The position numbers were made by a program, and so were the translations under genes. This document shows, one piece after another, positions 1-10,415 of a stretch of DNA of 40,913 nucleotides; within the stretch, counting starts at the first letter, position 1, and each line of letters starts with the position of its first letter. The stretch is from Octopus sinensis (taxonomy: Eukaryota): positions 1 through 40,913 of the forward strand of contig NW_021835319.1 in assembly GCF_006345805.1 (NCBI RefSeq), given 5' to 3'. The notes under the pieces were generated by a model. That model was not told the origin of the DNA, did no database searches, and saw nothing but the letters and a program-made list of their open reading frames with translations.

Positions 1-226
1 ACAGGACAAAATAGGCCCTTGGAAGGAGAACCTAGCTGTTCTTTCTAATGCGTAGAACCATATAAGTGGATTCTCTATGTTAAATATACACTATATCGTA
101 TGACTAATATATAGTCTTTTTGACTAAAATTTTTTTACGCGTTAGACCACTGGAAATGTAAATTTTAATTGAATGTTTTTAATTTAATTAAATTCCATTT
201 CCCTTTGATATGTTTAAATACTATAT

Positions 227-280
<54 letters not shown>

Positions 281-281
<1 letters not shown>

Positions 282-456
282 AACAATTGCAGTGTGGAAA
301 AAAACTCACAAAACACCGTTAGATTCACTTCAACATTTAAATTTAATTTGTGTCAAAATATTTTCGTCGCTTTCACACAAATTAAACTTAAATGTTGAGG
401 TGAATCTAACAGTGTTTTTAAATGGCTTATAAACACCTTCCACGCTGCAATTGTTT
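281..456. repeat. Fold-back (palindromic) element: 44-bp inner arms plus 19-bp outer arms
   Basis: 310-353 is the reverse complement of 375-418 with 3 mismatches (21-nt loop). 281-299 AAACAATTGCAGTGTGGAA is the reverse complement of 438-456 with 1 mismatch. Confidence 0.9.
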
Positions 457-837
457 TCGTTCCAGCAAACGATCTCAGATCAAGTCACATATATATTCGT
501 GTAAAGTCATGTTTAAACACAATCTCGTGAAATCGGACGTGATAAGACTTTTTGCTGTAGGAATAATCCTGGGAGAAAACTCTCTCCCACACGGCATGTG
601 TAAACACGCATCTTGTTTTGGGCTGTGACTATGTCATTGGACTGTGTGGCGTATGCACTTCTGCGTCGTTGCGTTTCGTCAGCCACGAAAACCAACTGAG
701 TCGCTCACAGCGCTGTAAGAATAGAACTACATATATGGAAAAAGCAAACGGAATGCTTGCTGATGTGCGGAGCGCTTGGTCAAGCTAAGGACAAATAAAT
801 AATGTCGCACGAAGCAGCATTGAATAAAATATATATT

Positions 838-1020
838 CAGCTAATGACATCTAGAGAGACCAGGTGGTTGTGTATCAACTACTGACACAGAAGGACTAGG
901 TTTTGTATCAGTTAATGATATCCAGAAATACCAGATGGCTGTGTATCAGCTAATTACACCGAGAGGAACCAGGTGGTTATGTATTTGATAGTGACACCCA
1001 GAGGGACCAGTTTACTGTGT
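838..1020. repeat. Degenerate ~38-bp minisatellite, 5 units
   Basis: Units at 838, 876, 909, 947 and 985 share CAGCTAATGACA...GACCAGGTGGTTGTGTAT; lengths 38/33/38/38/36. Confidence 0.8.
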
Positions 1021-1627
1021 TAAAACAGTTAACCAAACGAGTGTTTTCTCTACTGATTTCAATAATCCAGTTTCATTCACATATCTTGAATCGAGCTGAT
1101 GCTGTAGTAGAAAAAATATGCATATATCATTGAGTTGTTAAATGGAATATAGAACTACATAGTTATGAAGTGAACTTTTTAACTGAACAACCACGCAGTT
1201 GTATTAAAACTGTTGATCATACACTGGTCACAAACGGAAATTCTGATCAACTATTTCGTATGACTTTGTAAGGCAGCGCTCAACGCTCTCTATAGATCAA
1301 AGTGAAATAGAGTTAAGTTCAAAGACTAACAGTACGATAATATGAATAAAAATGAAAGGAAGATGTCTTTTATGGAATATAAGAATTCTATGAAGTCTTC
1401 AGTTCTAATTATGGTTTTCAGACGTAAGAAATCCAACGATATTGTGCTGAAGCTAGTTTCTGAGATTAAAGTGTTTGAATTGAAGGAAGAAAGAGAAAGG
1501 GTTAATTGGTGCAATTGGTAGCATGTCGATCATGTCTACAGAAGATGCGTGTTTCGAGTCTTGTAGGTAACTTCCCGTCTATCTTTCATTCCAAGGTCGT
1601 TCACTAATCACTTTTTTGTTTATTTAT

Positions 1628-1843
1628 TTCTATTATAGACACGAGGCCTGAAATTTTGAGGGAAGGGGGTTAGTCGATTCCAGAGAATACCATTTCCCGA
1701 TTGTTACTTATTTTATAAACCACGAAAGGATGAAAGGCAAAGTCCACCTCGATTAGATTTAAGCTCAGAACGTAAAGATCTGGAAGAAACGCAGCTAAGC
1801 ATGTTGTTCGGCTCGCTAACGATTCTGCTAACTCGCCGTCCTT
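1628..1843 (-). mobile_element. tRNA-derived SINE family A, monomer
   Basis: Contains the family-A body (plus-strand GAAAGGATGAAAGGCAAAGTC...GAACGTAAAG), a degenerate head ending CTCGCCGTCCTT and the tail-1 sequence (GGCCTGAAATTTTG). Confidence 0.85.
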
Positions 1844-1909
1844 TATTCGGCCGAAACATTACAAATTACTATTGACAGCCATATTCGCTCCGGGTATGCA
1901 GTTAAATGA

Positions 1910-1915
1910 CACACA

Positions 1916-1982
<67 letters not shown>

Positions 1983-1992
1983 GCGCGCGCGT
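1910..1992. repeat. (CA)n/(CACG)n/(CG)n alternating purine-pyrimidine tract
   Basis: Direct reading of the sequence. Confidence 0.95.
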
Positions 1993-2316
1993 AGGCGTGT
2001 CTGTGTCGTAAGAAGCTTGCTTTCCAACCACATAGTTCCGGGTTCAGTCCCACTTCGTGGGACCTTGGGCAGCTGTCCAATAAGAGAAGCCTGTTGTATG
2101 TATATGTGTGTGTGTGTTTGTACCTGTGTTCGCCCCCAGCTACTGCATGACGACCGGTGTGTTTATGCCACTGTAAGTTAGTGGTTTGGCAAAGGAGATC
2201 GATAGAATAAGTATCAGGCTTAAAAAAAAAGTACTGGGGTCGATTCATTCCACTAAAAATTCTTCAAGACAGTGTCCCAGCATGGCTGCAGTCTAATGAC
2301 TGAAACCTGTAAAAGA
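1991..2316 (+). mobile_element. tRNA-derived SINE family B with internal (TA/TG) microsatellite
   Basis: Head AAGAAGCTTGCTTTCCAACCAC..GGGTTCAGTCCCAC (B-box-like), CCTTGGGCA motif and 3' end CAGCATGGCTGCAGTC..ATGACTGAAAC, all shared with the other family-B copies in the window. Confidence 0.85.
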
Positions 2317-2350
2317 AAAAAATATATACATGCATACACACACATACGCA

Positions 2351-2411
<61 letters not shown>

Positions 2412-2622
2412 ATATATAGTGAATCCAAACAAAGAAGAACAAACAAGGAAAAACAACGCGAGGACGTGGTACAAATACTGTATTATCAGACGATCAGGAA
2501 AGGAAAGAAAGAGGATTTTACGTTTCGAGCAAAGCTCTTCTTCAGAAATAGAGGAAAGTCCAAAAGAAGGGAAAACGGAGGAAGAAAATCGCCAACGATA
2601 CATACGTGGTTACATTTTGAAA

Positions 2623-2740
<118 letters not shown>

Positions 2741-2871
2741 CATATATATGAAGCATCCATATTTGTGTGTATGTGTGCCGATACATTCACGTGTGGAAAA
2801 TTTGACTTCCCGTTTGTCAAATAAGCGCCCTCGATTCATGGCAGTAAAATATTTAATGATAATATGATCTC

Positions 2872-3017
2872 TTCTAAAGGCTCAAGGCCCAAAATTTTGG
2901 GAGAGGACCAGTCAATTACATCGACCTATGTTTCACTTGGACTTAATTTATCAACACCGAAAGGATGAAAGTCAACCCCGGTGGCATCTGAACCCAGAAC
3001 GTAAAGACAGGCGATTT
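2872..3017 (-). mobile_element. SINE family A, partial
   Basis: Tail-1 plus body (CCGAAAGGATGAAAGTC...CAGAACGTAAAGACAG); head missing. Confidence 0.75.
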
Positions 3018-3044
3018 TAACAATAACAATAATAGTAATGATAA

Positions 3045-3605
3045 TAAATGCTCTGATGCACTGTCAGGCAGTGGCTCTCATGGCTTCTGATCTTAACTGA
3101 TTGGGAGCGTTATCATGTACATTGTTTTGTTTTGGTATAAAAGATGGGCTACAGCAAATATTCTGCTCAATACAGCAGATTTACTTGTCAGTTGTTTGAC
3201 CTTAACCAGTTGAGCATGTCTCTTACTGGCTGACGATATGTGCATCTCTGATCACAAGCAGAAGTAGTGGGGGAGTATTGCAGCCATGTGTTGAGGGGGA
3301 TTCTTTGGGGTTTGAATAATTCACCTTTGGAAACATGGGTGTTTTGTTCAACATCCTTAAGCAACCTTTATTCAGGGACCGTTTTAGCAGGATAGGCTAC
3401 TCGACCTAAAGAAAATTCTAACTGGGCCCCCACCTGCAAGGTCATGCGCTGTTTATCTTGATATGAGATCATCATGTTATGCACATATGGTTGTGATGCA
3501 TGTGCCTGGTGCATCCTTATCAGACAAGTAGTCATGATGGGTATATTGGGCTTCGTATATTTTACCCCAGTGTCACTTCGATGGCATGCACTGCTCTCTC
3601 ATTCA
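3045..3605. mobile_element. ~560-bp putative interspersed element between AAT-rich tracts; class unknown
   Basis: Higher-complexity block flanked by AAT/AAC repeats on both sides. It resembles a repeat I recall from octopus genomes, but there is no second copy in the window to confirm this. Confidence 0.4.
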
Positions 3606-3615
3606 ATAATAATAA

Positions 3616-3654
<39 letters not shown>

Positions 3655-3661
3655 TAGTAAT

Positions 3662-3785
3662 CCTTTCTTCTATAGGACTCAAAATTATGGAGGAAGAGTC
3701 TAGTCGATTACATTGACCTCAGTACTCAACTGGTTCTTATTAAATCGATGAAAGGCAAAGTCGACCGTAGCTGAGTTTGATCTCA
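3662..3785 (-). mobile_element. SINE family A, partial, with (AAT)n tail
   Basis: Tail-1, GTCGATTACAT..., GATGAAAGGCAAAGTCGACC; the (AAT)n run at about 3605-3660 abuts the tail. Confidence 0.7.
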
Positions 3786-4139
3786 TTACGAAAAGAGAGG
3801 AAAATTTATTAACAAGGGAAGCGATATTAACACCAAAAGGCAATCTTTATATCCAACTAAACGTGGTTGTATTGCTTGAAGAAGCGCAGTACGCTGAAAT
3901 CCATGCATCGATATGAGAGGACCCGCCAAATCGTATGCCGCTGTATTTGGCGTTCTAATACATCCATCCATCTGAAACTGGAAATAAGGATGGTTTCTTG
4001 TTATTCATACTGCCTACCTCACTAATAATTATATAATACTTACATAAATAAATACATACACAGACACGCATACACACTCACATACATATATGTATATTTA
4101 TGTGTGTATGTATGTATATATGTATATAAAACTTAGATA

Positions 4140-4530
4140 TGTTTCGACCAAAGATTGGTCCAGGCCATGTCTAACTTAATAGCACCACCTGATAGGATTA
4201 TCTAAATCCTGTTTAAGTCAAGTTTTGTTTATGGTCCATTCAAGTAGTGAGTTTTTGTTGGGTGAGTTGTATCCAATTATGGGTGGCTTATCTGGTATTC
4301 CTTGAAGGAATCTATCCAGACTCCGTTTAAAGTTGATGGGATCCTTTTCCTCTTTGATCTCTTTCGGGACAATGTTAAATAGGGCAGGGCCTGTTGAGGA
4401 AAAGAAATTATGTTGCAGTGTACATGTATGTGCTGTGATCTTGAATTGGGCAGGGGACATATGGCCCGTGGTCCCAGTCTTGGATGAACCTTGAAGCTAA
4501 TGTTCAGGTCGTTGGGGAAAAGTTGGCGGT
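4140..4530 (-). mobile_element. 3' end of a CR1-like non-LTR retrotransposon (ORF2 C-terminus plus 3' UTR)
   Basis: Peptide FKVHPRLGPRAICP.../HNFFSSTGPALFNIVPKEIKEEKDPINFKRSLDRFLQGIPDKPPIIGYNSPNKNSLLEW matches the typical CR1-group ORF2 terminus (F..LP..I....FK..LD.FL..IPD.P...Y....NSL); frameshifted and 5'-truncated. Confidence 0.8.
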
Positions 4531-5084
4531 ATATTCTCCACATCGTATGTATGTTTGTATGTATAATGCTAATTATATATATGTCCAGCACATTCAAGCA
4601 GAACATGACGTAGAAACACCTTTGTTGCTGTGACAGTCTTGGAAGAGAAATTCTCGTTATAGACGATGTATATGGAATCACACAGAGCTAACCCATAAAT
4701 GACGACATCGGACTGTAAAAAAATGTTACTGCGTCACATTTCATCAGCAATAGACGCCAAGAGATCACTAAAACCTGTTGTTGTTATGTAAATAGGAAGT
4801 GTTAAATTTGCTGGCGTGTGCAAAGCTTTATCAAGCTGACAATAAATAAATTAAAGATACACTAAGCTGCGATGATTAAAATAAAGATGCGTGCATTTAT
4901 ATTTAACGCGTCCGTGTACAGCTAAATGTGGAAAGATCCTTGGTGCGGTAATTTCTTAAACAACAGAAAATTCCACAATAAATGGAGCTCAGCTCGTTGA
5001 GAACGCCGTTCTTTGAAAAGTTCATTGTAGCTTGTGTACTAATTGGCCATCATGTTCATCATCATCGTCATCATCATCATTTGT

Positions 5085-5102
5085 CTTTCTCTCTCTCTCT
5101 CT

Positions 5103-5190
<88 letters not shown>

Positions 5191-5541
5191 TTCTCTCTCT
5201 GTATATCTCTTTCTCTCTCACCCCATCTATCCTTATTTCTAATTCTACCTCTCTATTTACCTATCTCTATAATTTTCTTTCCCCTCTCTCTCCTTTCTCT
5301 CTCTCTGTATCTATCTTTCTAGCTAGCTCCATCTCTAATTCTCTTTGTGTGTCTGCCTATCTCTATCACCCCCCTCTCTGTATCCGTCACTCTCTCTCTC
5401 TCTCTCTCTCTCTTCCTCTCTCTCTCTCTTCCTCTCTCTCTCTCTCCTCTCTCTCTCTCTTCCTATTCTCTCTCTCTCTTCCTCTCTCTCTCTCTCTCTC
5501 TCCCTCTCTTCCTCTCTTCCTATCTCTCTCTCTCTCTCTTC

Positions 5542-5574
<33 letters not shown>

Positions 5575-5580
5575 TCCTCC
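5085..5580. repeat. Compound (ATCT)n and long (CT)n polypyrimidine tract
   Basis: Direct reading; the (CT)n-rich segment spans about 5385-5580. Confidence 0.95.
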
Positions 5581-5854
5581 CTCTTTCCATGGAGGCCAAA
5601 ATATGCAAAAACAGAATAGAGCAAAAAACAAAGAACAACTCCAAAAATACCCAAACATTGTCACCATTGAGCTTTGAACTTAAAGGGTAAAGAACGTAAT
5701 ACAGCTGTTAAGTCATATTTTACGTCGGTGCTTTACCATTTCTGCCACCACCACCACCAGCACCACACCAATTTGAGTCTGAAAGAATTGCAGATGAAAG
5801 CAAAAACATTCTTTTATAGAAGTGAATACAGTAATCAATTGAACTACCCGGGGT

Positions 5855-5891
<37 letters not shown>

Positions 5892-6145
5892 TATGAATAT
5901 ACATATACATATATATATACATATACATATATATGTATGTATGTGTATATATGAATATATATACATATATATATGTATGTAATTATATATGTATGTGTAT
6001 TTATATATATATATATGTATATGTATGTATATATATATATATATGTATATGTATGTATATATATATATGTATGTGTATATATATGTATGTATGTGTGTAT
6101 ATATATATATATGAATGTATCTATGTATATGTATGTATGTTTGTA

Positions 6146-6179
<34 letters not shown>

Positions 6180-6203
6180 ATACATATATATATATATTAT
6201 ATA

Positions 6204-6263
<60 letters not shown>

Positions 6264-6320
6264 ATATATATATGTATGCATACGTGTATATTTGTGAGTG
6301 TGTGCGCGCGCGTGCGCGTG
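5855..6320. repeat. Compound (CA)/(TA)/(TG) microsatellite
   Basis: Direct reading. Confidence 0.95.
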
Positions 6321-6877
6321 TATGTATGTGGGATTCTATTACATTCAATTGATCGATCTTCGTCTTTAGTATTCATCGATATCTTGTGCATATAATCAGT
6401 TTGAAATTTATTGCTTTTGTTTGTTTATTTATTTATGTGTTTTTTTGTGTTGTTCTTTTCTTTATTCTTCCTTTGTGTTATTTACCAAACATAGGGCGGT
6501 GGGTGAGTGGGTGGAGGAAGGGAAGAATAGCAGAAATGGTAAAAAGTTCACACTTTGAGAGGTTTAAAAAAAAAAAAAATTCTTTCGTTAATTTCAACCT
6601 TTGAAATGGTTGCAACTCAGCTGGAGCAGTGCTCTCAAGAGCTTTTATACTCGACCATATTGATCCCGACACTCATTTCAGTCCGGTACTTATTTTATTA
6701 ACCGATTTCAATATGTCGAATTGCTAGGTTACGGGATGTAGGTGACCCCCCCTCCCCTCATCCGCCCATTCTGCCAACATAAACTGTACAATTTTGTTTT
6801 AGGTTGGTATAAACACATACAATGAGACTCACACATATACACATGTAGACACACTCACACACACACACATACACATC

Positions 6878-6923
<46 letters not shown>

Positions 6924-6924
<1 letters not shown>

Positions 6925-7085
6925 ACGAGGGGGTGCTTAAAGGTTCCTGGCTTTAAGGGTGACACGAAAGGACTGGTTGGAGGCCCAACCTTCCGAGTTC
7001 TTTTACAGGGGTTTGAAAAACTGAAGGACCACTGCAATAAGTGTGTGAATCTGAGAGGGGAATATGTTGAATAAAATTGTAATTT
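6924..7085 (+). mobile_element. Internally deleted mariner: left TIR joined to the last ~35 transposase codons
   Basis: TA followed by CGAGGGGGTGCTTAAAGGTTCCTGGCTT (mariner-type TIR start), then DWLEAQPSEFFYRG(fs)EKLKDHCNKCVNLRGEYVE*, a typical mariner C-terminus. The right TIR is not found. Confidence 0.75.
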
Positions 7086-7344
7086 GAAGACAAGAAAGAG
7101 GAGGAGGAATATGAGGATGAGGATACACACACATGCATACATATGTACACGCATATACACACTCATACACATACGTACACAAACACATGCGCACGCATAC
7201 ACATATATACATATAAACATACACAGATGCACTCATATACATATCCACACACGTGCACACACATACACATACATGTATGGGCGTACATCCACATACACCT
7301 ATATACACATGCGCACACACACATACATACACATTCACACACGC

Positions 7345-7470
7345 ACATACACAGAGGCTTCTGCACAGTTTCCGTCAATCTATTTTCACTCAACAGTTAT
7401 TAGTCGACTCGAGAGGCTATATAGTAAAAAGAGACTTGCTGAAGATGTCACGCTTTGGGACCCATCCGTG
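7345..7470 (-). mobile_element. SINE family B, partial
   Basis: Degenerate match to CAGTTTCCGTCTACCAAATCCACTCACAAGG...GCTATAGTAGAAGACACTTGC. Confidence 0.6.
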
Positions 7471-7637
7471 ACCACCACGGCGTGCTTACGATAGTGTAAC
7501 TGTGCCGCAATACTTCTACGTGTAGGCGATTGTTCGATCTGCTAGACATAACAGCCAAACGTTCCTCAACATGATATCGTATTGTTTTGAAACATTAGAG
7601 TACTTTGTAGAACGTGGTAAGGGTTTCTTGGACATCG

Positions 7638-7765
7638 GCGTATGTATGGCTGAGTGGTTAAGAAGCTTGCTTTGCAACGAAATGGTTTCGGGTTCAGTCC
7701 CACTGCGCAGAAAGTTAGCTAATTATTTTCTATTGTAACACCGGACCGACCAATAACCCGTGAGA
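7638..7765 (+). mobile_element. SINE family B head fragment
   Basis: TGGCTGAGTGGTTAAGAAGCTTGCTTTG...GGGTTCAGTCCCACTGCG (A- and B-box-like). Confidence 0.7.
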
Positions 7766-8332
7766 GAATTGGTGGCCCTCGAAGTCGCTGGAAATGGAGA
7801 TCTCCAGGTCCAAATTCTTGAACGGCTGCTACTGCTGCTGCACCTGTTGTTATTGTTTTTGTTGGTGTTGCTGTTGTTGTTGTTGTTGTTCTTGTAGCTA
7901 TTGTTTAGCTCCTTGTCAGTTCTGATATTGTCGACTTAACAACAAAAAGAGAACGGTCGGTGGCGTTGAAGTGGACATCACGTCAGGTTTAGTTTTGTCA
8001 CGTCCCCTTAGATTCCATCAATCAAAACCCTTTTGAATCAGACCTCGCCTTTCATCCTTTTGGCGATCAATAAAATTGTGTCAGTCAAGTGGTGCAGTCG
8101 ATCAAATCGATTCCCTACTCCACCCACTCTCCTTCATCTCCATCGATCTCTGTTATTCAAATCTATGGCCTTTCACCACCAGACTTGAGAAATTCCTGTT
8201 TAGCAAATGTTCTTTTTATTATTTTGATTTTCCGGCTCCTTGCAAGACGCTTTTTTTTCCAATACGAATCTAGTGTTTTCAATCTGATTGAGTTCAGGAA
8301 AGTTTTGTATGACATGTCGTCGCTCCACTGTT

Positions 8333-8952
8333 TCTTATGTCTTTACTACCCACAAGGGGCCAAACACAGAGGGGACAAGCAAGGACAGACAAACGGATTA
8401 AGTCGATTATATCGACCCCAGTGCGTAACTGGTACTTATTTAATCGACTCCGAAAGGATGAAAGGCAAAGTCGACGTCGGCGGAATTTGAACTCAGAACG
8501 TAACAGCAGACGAAATACCTATTTCTTTACTACCCACAAGGGGCTAAACACAGAGTGAACAAAGACAGACAGACGGATTAAGTCGATTACATCGACCCCA
8601 GTGCGTAACTGGTACTTATTTAATCGACCTCGAAAGGATGAAAAGCAAAGTCGACCTCGGCGGAATTTGAACTCAGAACGTAGCGGCAGACGAAATGCCT
8701 ATTTCTTTACTACCCAAAAGGGGCTAAACACAGAGAGGACAAACAAGGACAGACAAACGGATTAAGTCGATTATATCGACCTCAGTGCGTAACTGGTACT
8801 TATTTAATCGACCCCGAAAGGATGAAAGGCAAAGTCGACCTCGGCGGAATTTGAACTCAGAACGTAACGGCAGACGAAATAGCTATTTCTTTACTACCAT
8901 GAACACAGAGGAGACAAACAAGGACAGACAAACGGATTAAGTCGATTATACA
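8333..8952 (-). mobile_element. SINE family A multimer: three full ~184-bp modules plus a partial one
   Basis: The tail-2 motif CTTTACTACC recurs at 8341, 8525, 8705 and 8889 (periods 184/180/184). The head is absent; a family-B copy begins at that end. Confidence 0.92.
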
Positions 8953-9070
8953 TGGTTTTGGGTTCATTCCCACTGCGTGGCACCTTCGGCAAGTGTCTTC
9001 TACTATAGCCTCGGGTCGACCAAAGCCTTGTGAGTGGATTTGGTAGACAGAAACTGAAAGAAGCCTGTCG

Positions 9071-9145
<75 letters not shown>

Positions 9146-9346
9146 TTGTGTGTCTGTTTGTTCCTCCAACATCACTTGACAACCGATGATGGTGTGTTTA
9201 CGTCCCCTTAACTTAGCGGTTGGGCAAAAGAGACCGATAGAATAAGTATTAGGCTTACAAAGAATAAGTCCTGAGGTCGATTTGCTCCAGCATGGCCACA
9301 GTCAAATGACTGAAACGAGTAAAAGAGTAAAGAGAGTAAAAGAGTA
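8952..9346 (+). mobile_element. SINE family B with long internal (TA)n(TG)n
   Basis: GGGTTCATTCCCACTGCGTGGCACCTTCGGCAAGTGTCTTC...AAGAAGCCTGTCG(TA)n(TG)n...CAGCATGGCCACAGTCAAATGACTGAAAC followed by an (AGTAAAAG)n tail. Confidence 0.92.
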
Positions 9347-9974
9347 ACTAAACAAGTAAGATTTATAGTTCTTACAATTGATTTTACTCGATATTCAAAA
9401 GACAAAGTTAATCTATTGTTATTATCAGTTGTGGTAATTTCTTAAGGAAATGTCAAGCGATTTATACATCTAATTACAATATTTTAACATGTAAACAGCT
9501 GACGCCTTCACAATAATCAGTTCATATTAATGAATTGTATGTAAATGTTTTCAACATTATCTATGATATCTTTAATGTAATTATCTATGATAATTTTCTT
9601 CATACCCTATAGAAGAGCGTTTTTATCTTATGGCTACACTTAAGTATAACTTCCGTGTGTTTATTAATTAATTCGTCATTAAATAAAATTATTTCTAAGG
9701 TTTCCTCCAGGCATAAGTTGCAGACACCGGACTGTGCATCATATTGCTTCGCATATTTCAATACCGATCATGTTGTTGCATACCTTACTTCTTTCCTTTT
9801 CTCTTTCCACACGAGGTTCGCCAGCGATGTGCAGTGACTATTGCACTCGTTAAAGAAAGATGCAAGATGGTTTCTCAGACGAATTCAAAAGTGGTCGCTA
9901 GTTGCCTCTATATATACATATGATACACATGTTTGTGCATTTTTTGTACTTTACATTATATTTTAAATTGATCT

Positions 9975-10415
9975 ATGTATGTATGTATGTATGTATGTAT
10001 GTATGTATGTATGTATGTATGTATGTATGTATGTATGTATGCATGCATGCATGCATGCATGCATGCTTCTATGTATGTATGTACGTACGTATGTATGTAT
10101 GTATATACGTATGTATGTATGTATGTATGTATGTATGTATGTATGTATGTATGTATGTATGTATGTATGTATGTATGATATGTATGTATGTATTGTATGT
10201 ATGTATACGTATGTATGTATGTATGTATGTATGTATGTATGTTATGTATGTATGTATGTATGTATGTATGTGTATGTATGTATGTACGTATTATGTATGT
10301 ATGTATGTATATACGTATGTATGTATGTATGTATGTATGTATATACGTATGTATGTATGTATGTATGTCTATGTATGTATGTCTGTGATTATGTATGTAT
10401 GTATGTATGGCTGGA
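9975..10415. repeat. (TATG)n microsatellite, ~440 bp
   Basis: Direct reading. Confidence 0.97.

Noticed and set aside
513-720. CpG-richer block as a PLE endonuclease or host exon
   Set aside because: No GIY-YIG or other motif in any frame, and no clear splice signals.
8333-8952. CRISPR-like reading of the regularly spaced repeats (also 22707-23490 and 34816-35650)
   Set aside because: The entire 184-bp module is repeated with no unique spacers, it matches dispersed SINE copies, the context is eukaryotic, and there are no cas genes.
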